63,785 nt of DNA from a virus (IMGVR_UViG_3300032157_000216:1-63785), one strand, 5' to 3'; numbered from the stretch's first letter, positions 1 through 9,026 are shown. Numbers and translations: made by a program. The notes: a model not told the origin generated them from the sequence alone.

Positions 1-642
1 TGATGCTGGAGTATCATGATGATTCCTATGCCATCCTTCACCAGCTTGTAAAAATCCTAATAACGGAACATTCTTAGGACCATTTTTATCATGACAAAAA
101 ATATTAATAGATGAACCTGCTGACCACATTAAAATTCCAGGAACAAGTAAAATAATCCAATATAAAAATACTGGAAGAAATATTAAACCTAACAAATGAG
201 CGGCAAACAAACCATATAGATAATACTTATGCTGGAATACATACCACGGCTTTCTTAAAAGATCCGGAACATATCTTATAATATTTACTTCGCCGGTTGG
301 GTTCCAATATATGCTAAACTTACTCCTAATCAAAGGATTATGTGGATCTTTTTCTGTATCTGAAAATCTATGATGCATTCTATGTAATGCTGCCCATGCC
401 AGCGCAGATCCTGATGCTCCTAACCATGAGACTAAAATTAGAATTTTTTCCATTACAGGATTTATTTCATTCTTATGAGCTGCGGTTCTATGATAGAATG
501 CTGTTCCACATGCTCCAACAAAAATTATCTGACAGATAATTATCACAGGTATAGTCATAAGTATCGGAAAATAAAATAATCCAATAAAAAACATGATGTG
601 AATATACACTTGTAAGAGTGTTAATAATTTCCTATAATCCAT
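1..642 (-). CDS. Delta-9-type fatty acid (acyl-CoA/acyl-lipid) desaturase, 3' end outside window
   Basis: Not in the ORF track. Manual translation from ATG at 642 (MDYRKLLTLLQ...) gives three His boxes, YHRTAAH, HRMHHRFSDTEKDPH and GEGWHRNHH, plus hydrophobic segments. Confidence 0.9.
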   Translation of the reverse strand, partial: MDYRKLLTLLQVYIHIMFFIGLFYFPILMTIPVIIICQIIFVGACGTAFYHRTAAHKNEINPVMEKILILVSWLGASGSALAWAALHRMHHRFSDTEKDPHNPLIRSKFSIYWNPTGEVNIIRYVPDLLRKPWYVFQHKYYLYGLFAAHLLGLIFLPVFLYWIILLVPGILMWSAGSSINIFCHDKNGPKNVPLLGFLQAGEGWHRNHHDTPAS

Positions 643-649
643 ACCGTAT

Positions 650-1384
650 TTATCGAACTAATTTATACAAAGAATCTTTCCATTTATCAACATCGGGGAT
701 ACCTTGAACTATTAATATAATTTTCGGTTTCACTAAATCTGCGCCATGTAGGAATTCACCATTGCTCATAACAAATGTATTCGAATCTTTTGGTAAATTT
801 ACATAAATTTTATCTTCTTGTGGAATATGTTCTAAAATATATGTTTGGTGCGGAATAACATCTATCTTTGTTATGGGGGGTTGAAAGAAACTTTCTTTTG
901 TCCAAGGCAACATATAAAATGTAGGCATTTCATTTGTATCCCACAACATAACGCGCAATGAATTAGGCCAAGGATACATTGTTGGATAAGGGTCTAGATG
1001 TGGCGGAACATCTTTTATATTCATCGACAATCTTATGTTGTCTATCCTGTTGAAGGGCATTGCTGATCTAATTCTTTCAAACATATTTGGAAAATAATCA
1101 GACCAATCGTTTATACCATATGGAAAATCTTTATGAATTGCGTCTTGACCATATTCTTTTGATGACCAAATACCTACACTTTCCCATACAGCAGATTTAC
1201 CCATTATAGATTTTTCTTTATTCCATAAATCCCAAAATAAATTCCAATCATCTGGTTCAATTTTAGATATGGGTAATACAATGTATGGAATATTAGTTAA
1301 AATAGAATCTATTTCAAGAATTTCTGGACATATTGGTGGAATTATTCCATTTGTAAATCTCTGAAGAAATTTTACATCTATCAT
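650..1384 (-). CDS. Hypothetical protein, possible DSBH/2OG-Fe(II) oxygenase-like
   Basis: 244 aa ORF with PPHLD and a distal HGA (HxD...H pattern). Confidence 0.5.
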   Translation of the reverse strand: MIDVKFLQRFTNGIIPPICPEILEIDSILTNIPYIVLPISKIEPDDWNLFWDLWNKEKSIMGKSAVWESVGIWSSKEYGQDAIHKDFPYGINDWSDYFPNMFERIRSAMPFNRIDNIRLSMNIKDVPPHLDPYPTMYPWPNSLRVMLWDTNEMPTFYMLPWTKESFFQPPITKIDVIPHQTYILEHIPQEDKIYVNLPKDSNTFVMSNGEFLHGADLVKPKIILIVQGIPDVDKWKDSLYKLVR

Positions 1385-1938
1385 ATCATAGCTGTAAGTT
1401 GAATTTGTATTAAATCATAATTTTCAGATTTAGAAATTGCACCATGTGCCATTAATGTAGGATACATAATAAATTCTGTTTTTCCAGGAATTCCGATCTG
1501 ATGAGATCCATCTTTCTGGCTCGACATAAACACCATTCCGTCAGATCCACTAACAACAATAGAAAGTATCGGTAATTCTCTTCCTATATCACCTTTATTA
1601 AGATCTGTATGCATCGGAACTATGGTATTTGAAAAAACACGTATTGCATTCATTAATGGTCTGTATTGTTCTATTTCTAATAAACGATAAATTTTTAATG
1701 TATTTCTAAGAGAAAAATTAAATACAGACATCATTGGTTTGCCATCATTTGTTCTTACAAGGTTATTATATCCTTGTTGAAAAATATTATGATAATCAAA
1801 TTCATGAGCATACTCGCCTACAGGATATGTAAGAAGGTAACTTACATTATTTTCGATATCAGAAAACTGAGAATTAAAAATAACAGAAAGTTTATTTCTA
1901 ATATCATCTGTTACTTTAACAACATTGTCAATAACCAT
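1381..1938 (-). CDS. Hypothetical protein, possible DSBH/2OG-Fe(II) oxygenase-like
   Basis: 185 aa ORF with PMHTD and a distal HGA; overlaps its neighbours operon-style. Confidence 0.5.
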   Translation of the reverse strand: MVIDNVVKVTDDIRNKLSVIFNSQFSDIENNVSYLLTYPVGEYAHEFDYHNIFQQGYNNLVRTNDGKPMMSVFNFSLRNTLKIYRLLEIEQYRPLMNAIRVFSNTIVPMHTDLNKGDIGRELPILSIVVSGSDGMVFMSSQKDGSHQIGIPGKTEFIMYPTLMAHGAISKSENYDLIQIQLTAMI

Positions 1939-2465
1939 TGTTTTGTTCCATTAAAAATTACAGGCTCATCTGTAGGTGTAAATGCATCTTTACCAAATAT
2001 TTTAGGAAGATGATATTTCGTTGTTATATCAAATAACTGTTTATTATATTCATTGAATGATAAAATTACAGATGAACATCCGAGAATTTTGGCTCTCTCT
2101 ATTTGATATTTAGTATTATATTGATGTATATATGATTTACTTCCGAGACCTGTATGTACTGTTCTAGTTTTAGAAAACATTCTGAATCCAGCCTGATAAA
2201 TCATACAATCATGATAATCTCTTATCATACCACCAGAACCGGCCCAGATTTTATCATCAACATATATTAATTGATAAGAATCTAATTTGTCATTTAATAT
2301 AGAATTTATCAAACTCCAATCATGTTTTCTTCCATAATTTTCAGGTAAATATTCTAAATCTACCTCAAATGTATCACATAATTCTTTCTCTAGAATAGAT
2401 AAAAAAGAATCTTTATTTTCCTTTGACAGTGTAAGTAATCTAACATCATTCATTAAATTTATCAA
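1911..2465 (-). CDS. Hypothetical protein (weak GNAT-like impression)
   Basis: 184 aa ORF packed in the operon; no diagnostic motif. Confidence 0.5.
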   Translation of the reverse strand: MINLMNDVRLLTLSKENKDSFLSILEKELCDTFEVDLEYLPENYGRKHDWSLINSILNDKLDSYQLIYVDDKIWAGSGGMIRDYHDCMIYQAGFRMFSKTRTVHTGLGSKSYIHQYNTKYQIERAKILGCSSVILSFNEYNKQLFDITTKYHLPKIFGKDAFTPTDEPVIFNGTKQWLLTMLLK

Positions 2466-4107
2466 CTAATATTCCAAGACTTAAAATCTGAGTTAATAGA
2501 ATTCGATTTGGTGGCAAGTCTGTTAAAATTCGATTTATATATTCGATTAATTTTCCTTTCTTAAAAATTCCTAAATTATGTAATTTGTCATTCTCAAATA
2601 TATATTGATGAAATAAATAAATCCATTCAGAATTTATTTTTGGAGATGTAAATGGCCTTTTAGGAATATCTGCCAATATTGGATTCCATTTTCTAACGAT
2701 ATTCCTTAAAACACTTTTAGATGGATAATTAGCAGATTCTAAGTTCTCTATAGAATTTACATAATTGACTAAATTTTTATCTAGATAAGGATATCTATGT
2801 TCCTGACCTAGAGAAGCTGATTGTGAATCACCTAATAATTTAAGACCATATTCAGACAACCAATATTTATAATACAGATCTCGAGAAGATCCATTTGATT
2901 CTTTCAAAATACATTCTAAATCAAAAATCTCTTTAATATCATCAGATAATAGATCAAAAACCTCTTTTCCTGTTCTAGAACTATCTATTATAAATTGATA
3001 ATCATTATCAGTATGAAAATGAGAATATCCATAGAATAATTCATCAGCACCATCCCCAGTCATACAAACTTTATATCCTTGTTTAATCATTTCCCGGTTT
3101 ACTAGATACTTTCCAACGGCATGAGGATTGATAGATAAATTTTCCGAATTTAATACAACCGTTGGAAAATATGAAATTAGGTCTCTATCAGAAACATCAA
3201 CAAATGTGGTTGATATGCCATGTAAATTACAGAAATTATTTATGTCTTTTGATTCAGAGTATTCTGATCCAGGAAAATCAATACTAAAACATCCAAATTT
3301 AACATTATTCTTTTTCAAATAATAAGCAATAGATGATGAATCAATTCCACTACTAAGAACTACTGCTAAATTCTGGTATTTAGGCACTCTCTTAAGAATA
3401 GACGATTCAAGAAAGTATTCAATTCCTTCAATGTGTTCATGAATACGATCAGTTTTTATTTTGTATGCTTCTATTGAAGTATTTAAACTAGAATCAACCG
3501 TAAGTATATGACATGGTGGTATTGTATATACATTAGAAAATAAAGTTTTTCCATTAGGAAGACATTGACTAGATAGACAAAACATACATGATTTCTTATC
3601 TATCTGTAAATCAATATCAAAAGCAGATAATGCTTTTATCGTTGACGAAATTAGAAATTGTTTTTCGCTAATATAATATCGTAACGGTTTAGTCCCAAAA
3701 GAATCTGTAGCGCAAATCCAAGTTTTAGATATTGTATTATATACGACGAAACAAAATTCACCATTTATATATTTTATAAAATCTTTTCCTCTCCAATGTA
3801 TGCCATGAATGATTACTTCTGAATCAGAATCTGTTTCAAAAGTATAGCCTCTTGTTTCAAGTAAGTATCTTAATATCTTATAATTGTAAATTTCCCCATT
3901 TACACAACCAACTAAAGATTTATCATTACTCCATAATGGTTGTGAGACTAAAGATGGAGAAGATATTGATAATAAGGTATGACCTAAAAACACATTATCT
4001 ATTTTTACATAATTTCGTGAATCAGGACCCCTATCTGAAAGTAAATTAAGAGCGGAAATTATCTTATTATCAGAAACACTTTTATTTCCACAAATAATTC
4101 CGCACAT
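2446..4107 (-). CDS. asnB: Asparagine synthetase B-like glutamine amidotransferase
   Basis: N-terminal MCGI (Ntn Cys), RGPD, NGEIYN, SDSEV, PP-loop SSGIDSS, TGDGADELFYGY and RYPYLD. Confidence 0.9.
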   Translation of the reverse strand: MCGIICGNKSVSDNKIISALNLLSDRGPDSRNYVKIDNVFLGHTLLSISSPSLVSQPLWSNDKSLVGCVNGEIYNYKILRYLLETRGYTFETDSDSEVIIHGIHWRGKDFIKYINGEFCFVVYNTISKTWICATDSFGTKPLRYYISEKQFLISSTIKALSAFDIDLQIDKKSCMFCLSSQCLPNGKTLFSNVYTIPPCHILTVDSSLNTSIEAYKIKTDRIHEHIEGIEYFLESSILKRVPKYQNLAVVLSSGIDSSSIAYYLKKNNVKFGCFSIDFPGSEYSESKDINNFCNLHGISTTFVDVSDRDLISYFPTVVLNSENLSINPHAVGKYLVNREMIKQGYKVCMTGDGADELFYGYSHFHTDNDYQFIIDSSRTGKEVFDLLSDDIKEIFDLECILKESNGSSRDLYYKYWLSEYGLKLLGDSQSASLGQEHRYPYLDKNLVNYVNSIENLESANYPSKSVLRNIVRKWNPILADIPKRPFTSPKINSEWIYLFHQYIFENDKLHNLGIFKKGKLIEYINRILTDLPPNRILLTQILSLGILVDKFNE

Positions 4108-4110
4108 TAT

Positions 4111-4752
4111 TCACGCCTTTATTGATTCAATGTAATAAATCAATCGTCCCTCTGTTGGATGACGATATTCTCCAAGAAAATGATTTATTATCTTCAATCC
4201 CGAATCATTAATCATTTTTTCAAATGTAGGTATTCCAGATGCCCAAGAAAATTCTTGTAATATTATAGATCCATTATCTGCTAAATAATTCACAGCATTT
4301 GAGTAAAAATTTATATGTATTTCCCAATTTTTATCCAAATATTTTCTAGGATCTTGCTTCATAATATATTGATAATAAGCATGTTCAGTAAAATGTGGAG
4401 GATTAGAAACAATTAAATCAAATCTTTTATCCTTTGGAATATTATCAAAATTATAAGAATTATATATAGATATCTTCTGATCTAAATTCGAATTTTTAGC
4501 AGACCACCGACATTGTTCTAATGCCGGTTCATAAATATCTGAAAAGGATACTTTTTTAGCAAGTCCTACACCGAGTATAGAATACCCAATAAATCCAGGA
4601 CCACTGCACCATTCTAAACATTCATTAAATATTCTATTAGGATGTAATCTTTGTATAGATGTAATATAATCATCTTTAAATAATATACCACCACCGTCAG
4701 TTTCTTTGGTATATTTTACATTAATACCATAACAATCAATAAATTGTTCCAA
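4111..4752 (-). CDS. Class I SAM-dependent methyltransferase (PrmC/small-MTase-like)
   Basis: Motif I-like LEWCSGPGFIG and FDLIVSNPPH. Confidence 0.85.
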   Translation of the reverse strand: MEQFIDCYGINVKYTKETDGGGILFKDDYITSIQRLHPNRIFNECLEWCSGPGFIGYSILGVGLAKKVSFSDIYEPALEQCRWSAKNSNLDQKISIYNSYNFDNIPKDKRFDLIVSNPPHFTEHAYYQYIMKQDPRKYLDKNWEIHINFYSNAVNYLADNGSIILQEFSWASGIPTFEKMINDSGLKIINHFLGEYRHPTEGRLIYYIESIKA

Positions 4753-4821
4753 TAAATTCTCCGAATTCTTATAATTATTTAGTCAAAAATAAATACCATT
4801 ATCACAACTAACATAGACATT

Positions 4822-5205
4822 TTATGATTTTTTAATTATCCACCGATCTTTTATCTTGCACGCAAACCCATCTCCTTCAAAAATCTTCTTACCTATGATT
4901 ATTGAATGAATAAAACTCTTGCAAACTGGTTTATTTGGTTGTTTTCTAGAAATAATTGTTGTCTTTCCAATAATAGTTGAACCTGGGCTCGACCATTCAA
5001 CCATACCTAATTCATCTATATTGTTTAATGCAAAATCAAATGCCTTAAAATATACTAAAATATCGTAATCATCTATAGTATTTGCAAAGTCATTACGCGA
5101 ATTCTTAAAAATAACTTCAAAACTTCTATTATCAGTTATACTGACATCAGCTGCGTGAGCCATGGCACTAAACAATAGAAATAATGTGTAGAAAATTTGT
5201 TTCAT
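4822..5205 (-). CDS. Secreted protein, 17-kDa surface-antigen-like domain
   Basis: Start moved to MKQIF (signal peptide ending AHA), downstream of a consensus promoter; W-x-S-P...C-K-S-F...G-F-A-C...W pattern; paralogue of the next gene. Confidence 0.6.
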   Translation of the reverse strand: MKQIFYTLFLLFSAMAHAADVSITDNRSFEVIFKNSRNDFANTIDDYDILVYFKAFDFALNNIDELGMVEWSSPGSTIIGKTTIISRKQPNKPVCKSFIHSIIIGKKIFEGDGFACKIKDRWIIKKS

Positions 5206-5242
5206 AAAAAAAGGGCGATGCACTATTATAGCACATCGCCCT
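5206..5242 (-). terminator. Rho-independent terminator
   Basis: AGGGCGATG / CATCGCCCT stem followed by a T run on the minus strand. Confidence 0.7.
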
Positions 5243-5253
5243 AGACTTGTCAA
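5225..5253 (-). promoter_or_regulatory. Sigma70-type promoter overlapping the terminator
   Basis: TTGACA-17 nt-TATAAT, perfect consensus. Confidence 0.8.
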
Positions 5254-5276
5254 GAACAGTGAATTTAGTTTCTATA

Positions 5277-5663
5277 TTATTTACTTATTACCCATTGCCC
5301 ATCACTAATACAAACAATGGCGTTGCCTTCATATTTCTTATCTTTAATAGACAATGTTTCCATAAAATTTCTACAAGCGGTATCTTTTTCTTCTTTAGTC
5401 GATAACATAACTACCTTTCCAGTTAAATCTGGATTTGGGCTGGTCCATTCCACCTCACTCTGATCCATAATGTTCATTAGAGCATACTCTAATCCTTTAA
5501 TGTGTATGTAAAAATCATATTCAGATAATGATTTATCAACAGATTCATAAGAATTTCCAAATATAAATTTCAAACTTTCCCTATCATTTAATCTCGGTCC
5601 ATCTGCCGCATAAGCAATAGACGAAAACATTAATAGAAGCGGAATTATGTATGTATATTTCAT
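5277..5663 (-). CDS. Secreted protein, 17-kDa surface-antigen-like domain
   Basis: Signal peptide ending AYA; WTSP...CRNF...GNAIVC...GQW pattern. Confidence 0.6.
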   Translation of the reverse strand: MKYTYIIPLLLMFSSIAYAADGPRLNDRESLKFIFGNSYESVDKSLSEYDFYIHIKGLEYALMNIMDQSEVEWTSPNPDLTGKVVMLSTKEEKDTACRNFMETLSIKDKKYEGNAIVCISDGQWVISK

Positions 5664-5674
5664 TAAAAATCCTT

Positions 5675-5700
5675 AAAAAAGTGCAACCGAAGTTGCACTT
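5675..5700 (-). terminator. Rho-independent terminator
   Basis: AAGTGCAAC-TTCG-GTTGCACTT followed by a T run. Confidence 0.85.
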
Positions 5701-5719
5701 ATTTATAGACGAAGTCTAT

Positions 5720-6556
5720 TTAGTTCTTTGTATATCCTGTAATACCTAATGCCGAGGCTGTTTGTTCATCAAGCTCGTCGTGTTGTCCAAGACCGTTGTC
5801 TGCCCTGAATTTATTCATAGCTGCAACAACATCAGGAGTAATTTCTGGTGTCATTGGACCAGCATAGTATCCTTTGGCCTTTAATGAAGACTTGAGTTCT
5901 CTTGGATCACATGTATACTTACCGCATGTTCCTTCTTCCCACTTCATATAACCAGGTTGAATGAGTTTCTTGGTTTTAAACTTCATGAATTCTGGTGGAA
6001 TCTCAGTTGTAAGAAGTTTTGGACCAGTTACTAACCTTCTAACTATGATCTGTTGAACTTCTGGTGGTAGAGATGTGGTTGTTGCTGTTGGTTCTTTATC
6101 AATTACTTGTTTAGTAATTGTCTTAAAAACTGGTGGATGTGATTTGAAGCAAGCTTGTTCACAAGATTTTCTCCAATCTGCATCAGAACCTTTATAGTGA
6201 TGTGGTTTGGCTGGACAGCAATCTACCTTCCAGAAACTTTCTGCAGGTTGAATTTCAATTTTTTCAGTAACATTCTTAAATGTTGCTTGAGAAACTCTAA
6301 TCTCATCAACTCCATCACGAACAGTTACATTAACTGTTTCATTTCTGAAGACTGCTGGAGTTACAGCGAATCTCCTATACCCTTCTTTAATAACAACGGA
6401 AATCTCACCTTGTTCCCAAGTAGGTGGATAGAACTTATGTATATAACATTGTCCTGGTTTTGGATTCAGTGGCAAGGATCCATCTCCTTCAGCTGCAAAA
6501 GCTGATGCACCGAATACAAACGATAACAGAACTGGAATTAACTTCACTAATTTCAT
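5720..6556 (-). CDS. Secreted protein with C-terminal peptidoglycan-binding domain
   Basis: Signal peptide; C-terminal LKAKGYYAG...AAMNKFRADNGL...TASALG resembles PG_binding_1. Confidence 0.7.
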   Translation of the reverse strand: MKLVKLIPVLLSFVFGASAFAAEGDGSLPLNPKPGQCYIHKFYPPTWEQGEISVVIKEGYRRFAVTPAVFRNETVNVTVRDGVDEIRVSQATFKNVTEKIEIQPAESFWKVDCCPAKPHHYKGSDADWRKSCEQACFKSHPPVFKTITKQVIDKEPTATTTSLPPEVQQIIVRRLVTGPKLLTTEIPPEFMKFKTKKLIQPGYMKWEEGTCGKYTCDPRELKSSLKAKGYYAGPMTPEITPDVVAAMNKFRADNGLGQHDELDEQTASALGITGYTKN

Positions 6557-6637
6557 ATTTATTCCCCCAAATCAAGTGATTCACTGACATGGTATTTATC
6601 AATTGGAGACAAAAATATGATTAATTGGTATGATAAT

Positions 6638-6712
6638 TGGAGCCGCCTAAAGGAATTGAACCCTCATCCCAAAGTTCGTAGCTTTGTATACTCTCCATTG
6701 TACTAAGGCGAC
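6638..6712 (-). tRNA. tRNA-Arg(ACG)
   Basis: Cloverleaf; CAAAG-CTACGAA-CTTTG; encoded CCA. Confidence 0.9.
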
Positions 6713-6716
6713 ATAT

Positions 6717-6792
6717 TGGCAGGGGATGTCAGGATCGAACTGACGCGTACCGACTTCAAAGGCCGGGGCCTTAACCGCTTGGCGAATCCCCA
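6717..6792 (-). tRNA. tRNA-Gln(TTG)
   Basis: Cloverleaf; CCGGC-CTTTGAA-GTCGG; CCA. Confidence 0.95.
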
Positions 6793-6801
6793 ATAATAAA
6801 T

Positions 6802-6867
6802 CAGAATGCAGTTTTTTACGTTTGATTTTCAGTCAAATTTTATGTAATTTTTGCAGGATGCATTCTT
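6802..6867 (-). ncRNA. CAGCAA-scaffold RNA copy E1, carrying a Phe(GAA) anticodon stem-loop
   Basis: AAG-AATGCATC-CTGCAA...TTTGA-CTGAAAA-TCAAA...TGCATTCTG. Confidence 0.75.
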
Positions 6868-6878
6868 TAGAATGAAAA

Positions 6879-6961
6879 CAGAATTCTTGTAACAAGCCCT
6901 GTTACAGGCCTGCTTGGAGTTGAACCAAGTTTATCCATAGGATGTTGCTGGAAGAATTCTT
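6879..6961 (-). ncRNA. CAGCAA-scaffold RNA copy E2, carrying a T-arm plus hairpin
   Basis: AAG-AATTCTTC-CAGCAA...CTTGG-TTCAACT-CCAAG...GAATTCTG. Confidence 0.75.
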
Positions 6962-6967
6962 TAAATT

Positions 6968-7044
6968 TGGTACCCCACCTCGGATTCGAACCGAGAACCA
7001 ACAGATTTTAAGTCTGTCCGCACTACCAATTAGCGTAGCAGGGC
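6968..7044 (-). tRNA. tRNA-Leu(TAA), short variable loop
   Basis: ACAGA-CTTAAAA-TCTGT; 5-nt variable loop; CCA. Confidence 0.9.
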
Positions 7045-7053
7045 AAAATAAGT

Positions 7054-7224
7054 GTCGAATATATGATTTATTTTAGGTAGCTCCTGCAGTGGACTTTTAT
7101 CTACCCTCACATGGTGTTCCCTTGATTAAGATGCCCTTAATATGTTCGGGAGTTTAAATCAGCCACGACAGAAATTTCCATCGAGTTTAAATTGACGTCA
7201 TCTCGATCTTTCCATATATTCAAC
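7054..7224 (-). ncRNA. Putative structured ncRNA of unknown family
   Basis: Terminal stem GTTGAATATATG / CATATATTCGAC with internal hairpins; no ORF. Confidence 0.5.
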
Positions 7225-7233
7225 TGGAAACTG

Positions 7234-7869
7234 TTATACTCTACCTTTTTTCCAGCCAGGTAAAATATCTATATCTTTCTTTACTTTCTTATTTATAATA
7301 CCATCTGTAATCCACATAGTACCATATTGTGAACTTTTCTCTCCACAACTTTGTGGACGCGGACCGGACATTTTCTTTTTTGTTTCATCAGTATGTTTCT
7401 TACCTTTAAAACTTGGTTCCCACCAAATGCCGCCGTGTTCCTTATATTTTTCTTTAAATACCTCGACACCTTTTTTATTTTGATTCTGCATTCTTTCTTT
7501 ATACGTCTTCAGTTCATCTCCCTCTAGAGATTTAACCTTATCGCTGAATGCCTTACCACCCAGTGTTGCTCCGCGAACACTATCTTCACGAACAAAACCT
7601 CCACGACCTCCCGGCTTTAAGTTGTAAACTTCCGGGTTTTTAAGAAACTCCTCATTTACAACAACTCTTTCTTTTAAAAGAGCAGATTCATAATCATCAA
7701 AATATTCTAAAATCTCTTTTTTAAAATTCTCTCTACCATATTTCTTAATAGCGTATCGAATTCTTTTTCCAGAACCCAGATACATATTATCTGTGGTTTT
7801 TGCTTTATGGATCCCAATATAAATCTTATTATTAATAAGATTGGTAGTTTTATACAAGTAAATAATCAT
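7234..7869 (-). CDS. GIY-YIG free-standing homing endonuclease (Seg-like, NUMOD3-type repeat)
   Basis: IYLYKTTNLINNKIYIG, YLGSG, YN and KGKKHTDETKKKMS. Confidence 0.9.
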   Translation of the reverse strand: MIIYLYKTTNLINNKIYIGIHKAKTTDNMYLGSGKRIRYAIKKYGRENFKKEILEYFDDYESALLKERVVVNEEFLKNPEVYNLKPGGRGGFVREDSVRGATLGGKAFSDKVKSLEGDELKTYKERMQNQNKKGVEVFKEKYKEHGGIWWEPSFKGKKHTDETKKKMSGPRPQSCGEKSSQYGTMWITDGIINKKVKKDIDILPGWKKGRV

Positions 7870-7894
7870 ACTTGTATTTATCTTTTTCCCAATG

Positions 7895-7983
7895 AGGCCA
7901 GGGTTGGATTCAAACCAACGATGTATACCAAGGTAGTTTCCCGCTTTGCAGACGAGTGCATTCGATCGCTTTGCTACCTGGCC
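7895..7983 (-). tRNA. tRNA-Cys(GCA) with long variable arm, CCA not encoded
   Basis: GGCCAGG/CCTGGCC acceptor, T73, CTCGT-CTGCAAA-GCGGG, about 20-nt variable region. Confidence 0.8.
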
Positions 7984-7985
7984 AT

Positions 7986-8366
7986 TTACTCTACTTCTTC
8001 ACCCAATTCCTCTTTCAGTTTCTTAAACATCTTGAGTTTGGACTCTCTATCTTTCAATTCTTTCTTCATCTTACGTGTAAGAGCTGCATCTTCACGCTTT
8101 TTCTTTTCTTCTGCTTCTCTTATTTCTTCTGCTTTCGAAATAGCAAGATAATCTTTAATTGTCTTGGCAACAAATGCTTTTGTATCAACTGGACGTTCTA
8201 AAAGTTGAAAATTCAACTTCTGAGAAGCAAATTTTAAAGTTCTGAATTCTTCATCAGATACTTCTTCCCAATCTGTAATTGATTCGACGATCTTATGATA
8301 GTCATCATCGTATTCTCCGGAGCAGTAAAACTCACGCGAGATAATAATTGCTATCTTATGTGACAT
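7986..8366 (-). CDS. Hypothetical protein with coiled-coil C terminus
   Basis: 126 aa ORF with an AGGAG RBS. Confidence 0.75.
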   Translation of the reverse strand: MSHKIAIIISREFYCSGEYDDDYHKIVESITDWEEVSDEEFRTLKFASQKLNFQLLERPVDTKAFVAKTIKDYLAISKAEEIREAEEKKKREDAALTRKMKKELKDRESKLKMFKKLKEELGEEVE

Positions 8367-8385
8367 ACTATCTCCTTAATAAAGT

Positions 8386-8449
8386 CAGAGTGCGCTTTCT
8401 TTTCAAGATAATGGTTTGAAATTTTTAATTGTTTGCGGTAAACACTCTT
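8386..8449 (-). ncRNA. CAGCAA-scaffold RNA copy E3, carrying a degenerate hairpin
   Basis: AAG-AGTGTTTA-CCGCAA...TTTCAA-ACCATTATC-TTGAAA...GCACTCTG. Confidence 0.7.
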
Positions 8450-8457
8450 TAGAAACT

Positions 8458-8541
8458 TGGTGGAGATAGCTGGAATCGAACCAACCGGGCGTTAACAGGT
8501 GATTTACAGTCACCCCCTGCTCCATACAGGTCTACATCTCC
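8458..8541 (-). tRNA. tRNA-Tyr(GTA)
   Basis: GGTGA-CTGTAAA-TCACC; extended variable region; CCA. Confidence 0.85.
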
Positions 8542-8547
8542 AAATTC

Positions 8548-8678
8548 AGTCGGTAATACGTTACCAGCGTGGAAAAGCATACAACTTATTCCAATAATAG
8601 GGCAATGGCTACACGTGGAATTGACCATTGCGTGTCCACTCGGCCGGAATTACTTCCGCGCATTCATCCACGACGACT
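8548..8678 (-). ncRNA. Putative structured ncRNA abutting the tRNA-Lys 3' end
   Basis: Nested stems AGTCG/CGACT, CGTGGA/TCCACG, CGGAA-GTAA-TTCCG and GCAATGG/CCATTGC. Confidence 0.55.
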
Positions 8679-8752
8679 TGGTAGGGCTGCAAGGAATCAA
8701 ACCTTGGTAGATCGGTTAAAAGCCGACTATTCTATCATTGAATTACAACCCC
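8679..8752 (-). tRNA. tRNA-Lys(TTT)
   Basis: GTCGG-CTTTTAA-CCGAT; CCA. Confidence 0.9.
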
Positions 8753-8922
8753 GAAACTGACATTCTACGTTTGATTTCAATGTGAATATCATAATATGTC
8801 ATTCCCATTTCCTTCAAGTAGGAAAACTCATCAACTGCTTCATAATGATTCCACTTCACAAACTCTTCATAGAGTTTAAGTAGTTCATCACCCGATAACT
8901 CTCTTAGTTCTTTGTTTGTCAT
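8743..8922 (-). CDS. Small hypothetical protein
   Basis: Start moved to MTNKEL because the longer ORF runs through tRNA-Ser. Confidence 0.55.
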   Translation of the reverse strand: MTNKELRELSGDELLKLYEEFVKWNHYEAVDEFSYLKEMGMTYYDIHIEIKRRMSVSGL

Positions 8923-8935
8923 TATTACTTTTATT

Positions 8936-9026
8936 TGGCGGATGACCGGGGGGTCGAACCCCGAAACCTGTTCATCACAAGTCGACAGTTTAGCAAACTG
9001 CTCCAATACCATTATGGGAGTCATCC
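8936..9026 (-). tRNA. tRNA-Ser(GCT)
   Basis: GCAGT-TTGCTAA-ACTGT; long variable arm; G73; CCA. Confidence 0.9.

Noticed and set aside
2446-4107. Lasso-peptide cyclase
   Set aside because: The N-terminal catalytic Cys of the glutaminase domain is intact, and no leader peptidase, RRE or precursor is nearby.
7054-7869. Group I intron housing the GIY-YIG gene
   Set aside because: No interrupted host gene and no recognisable P7 core; the flanking tRNAs are complete.
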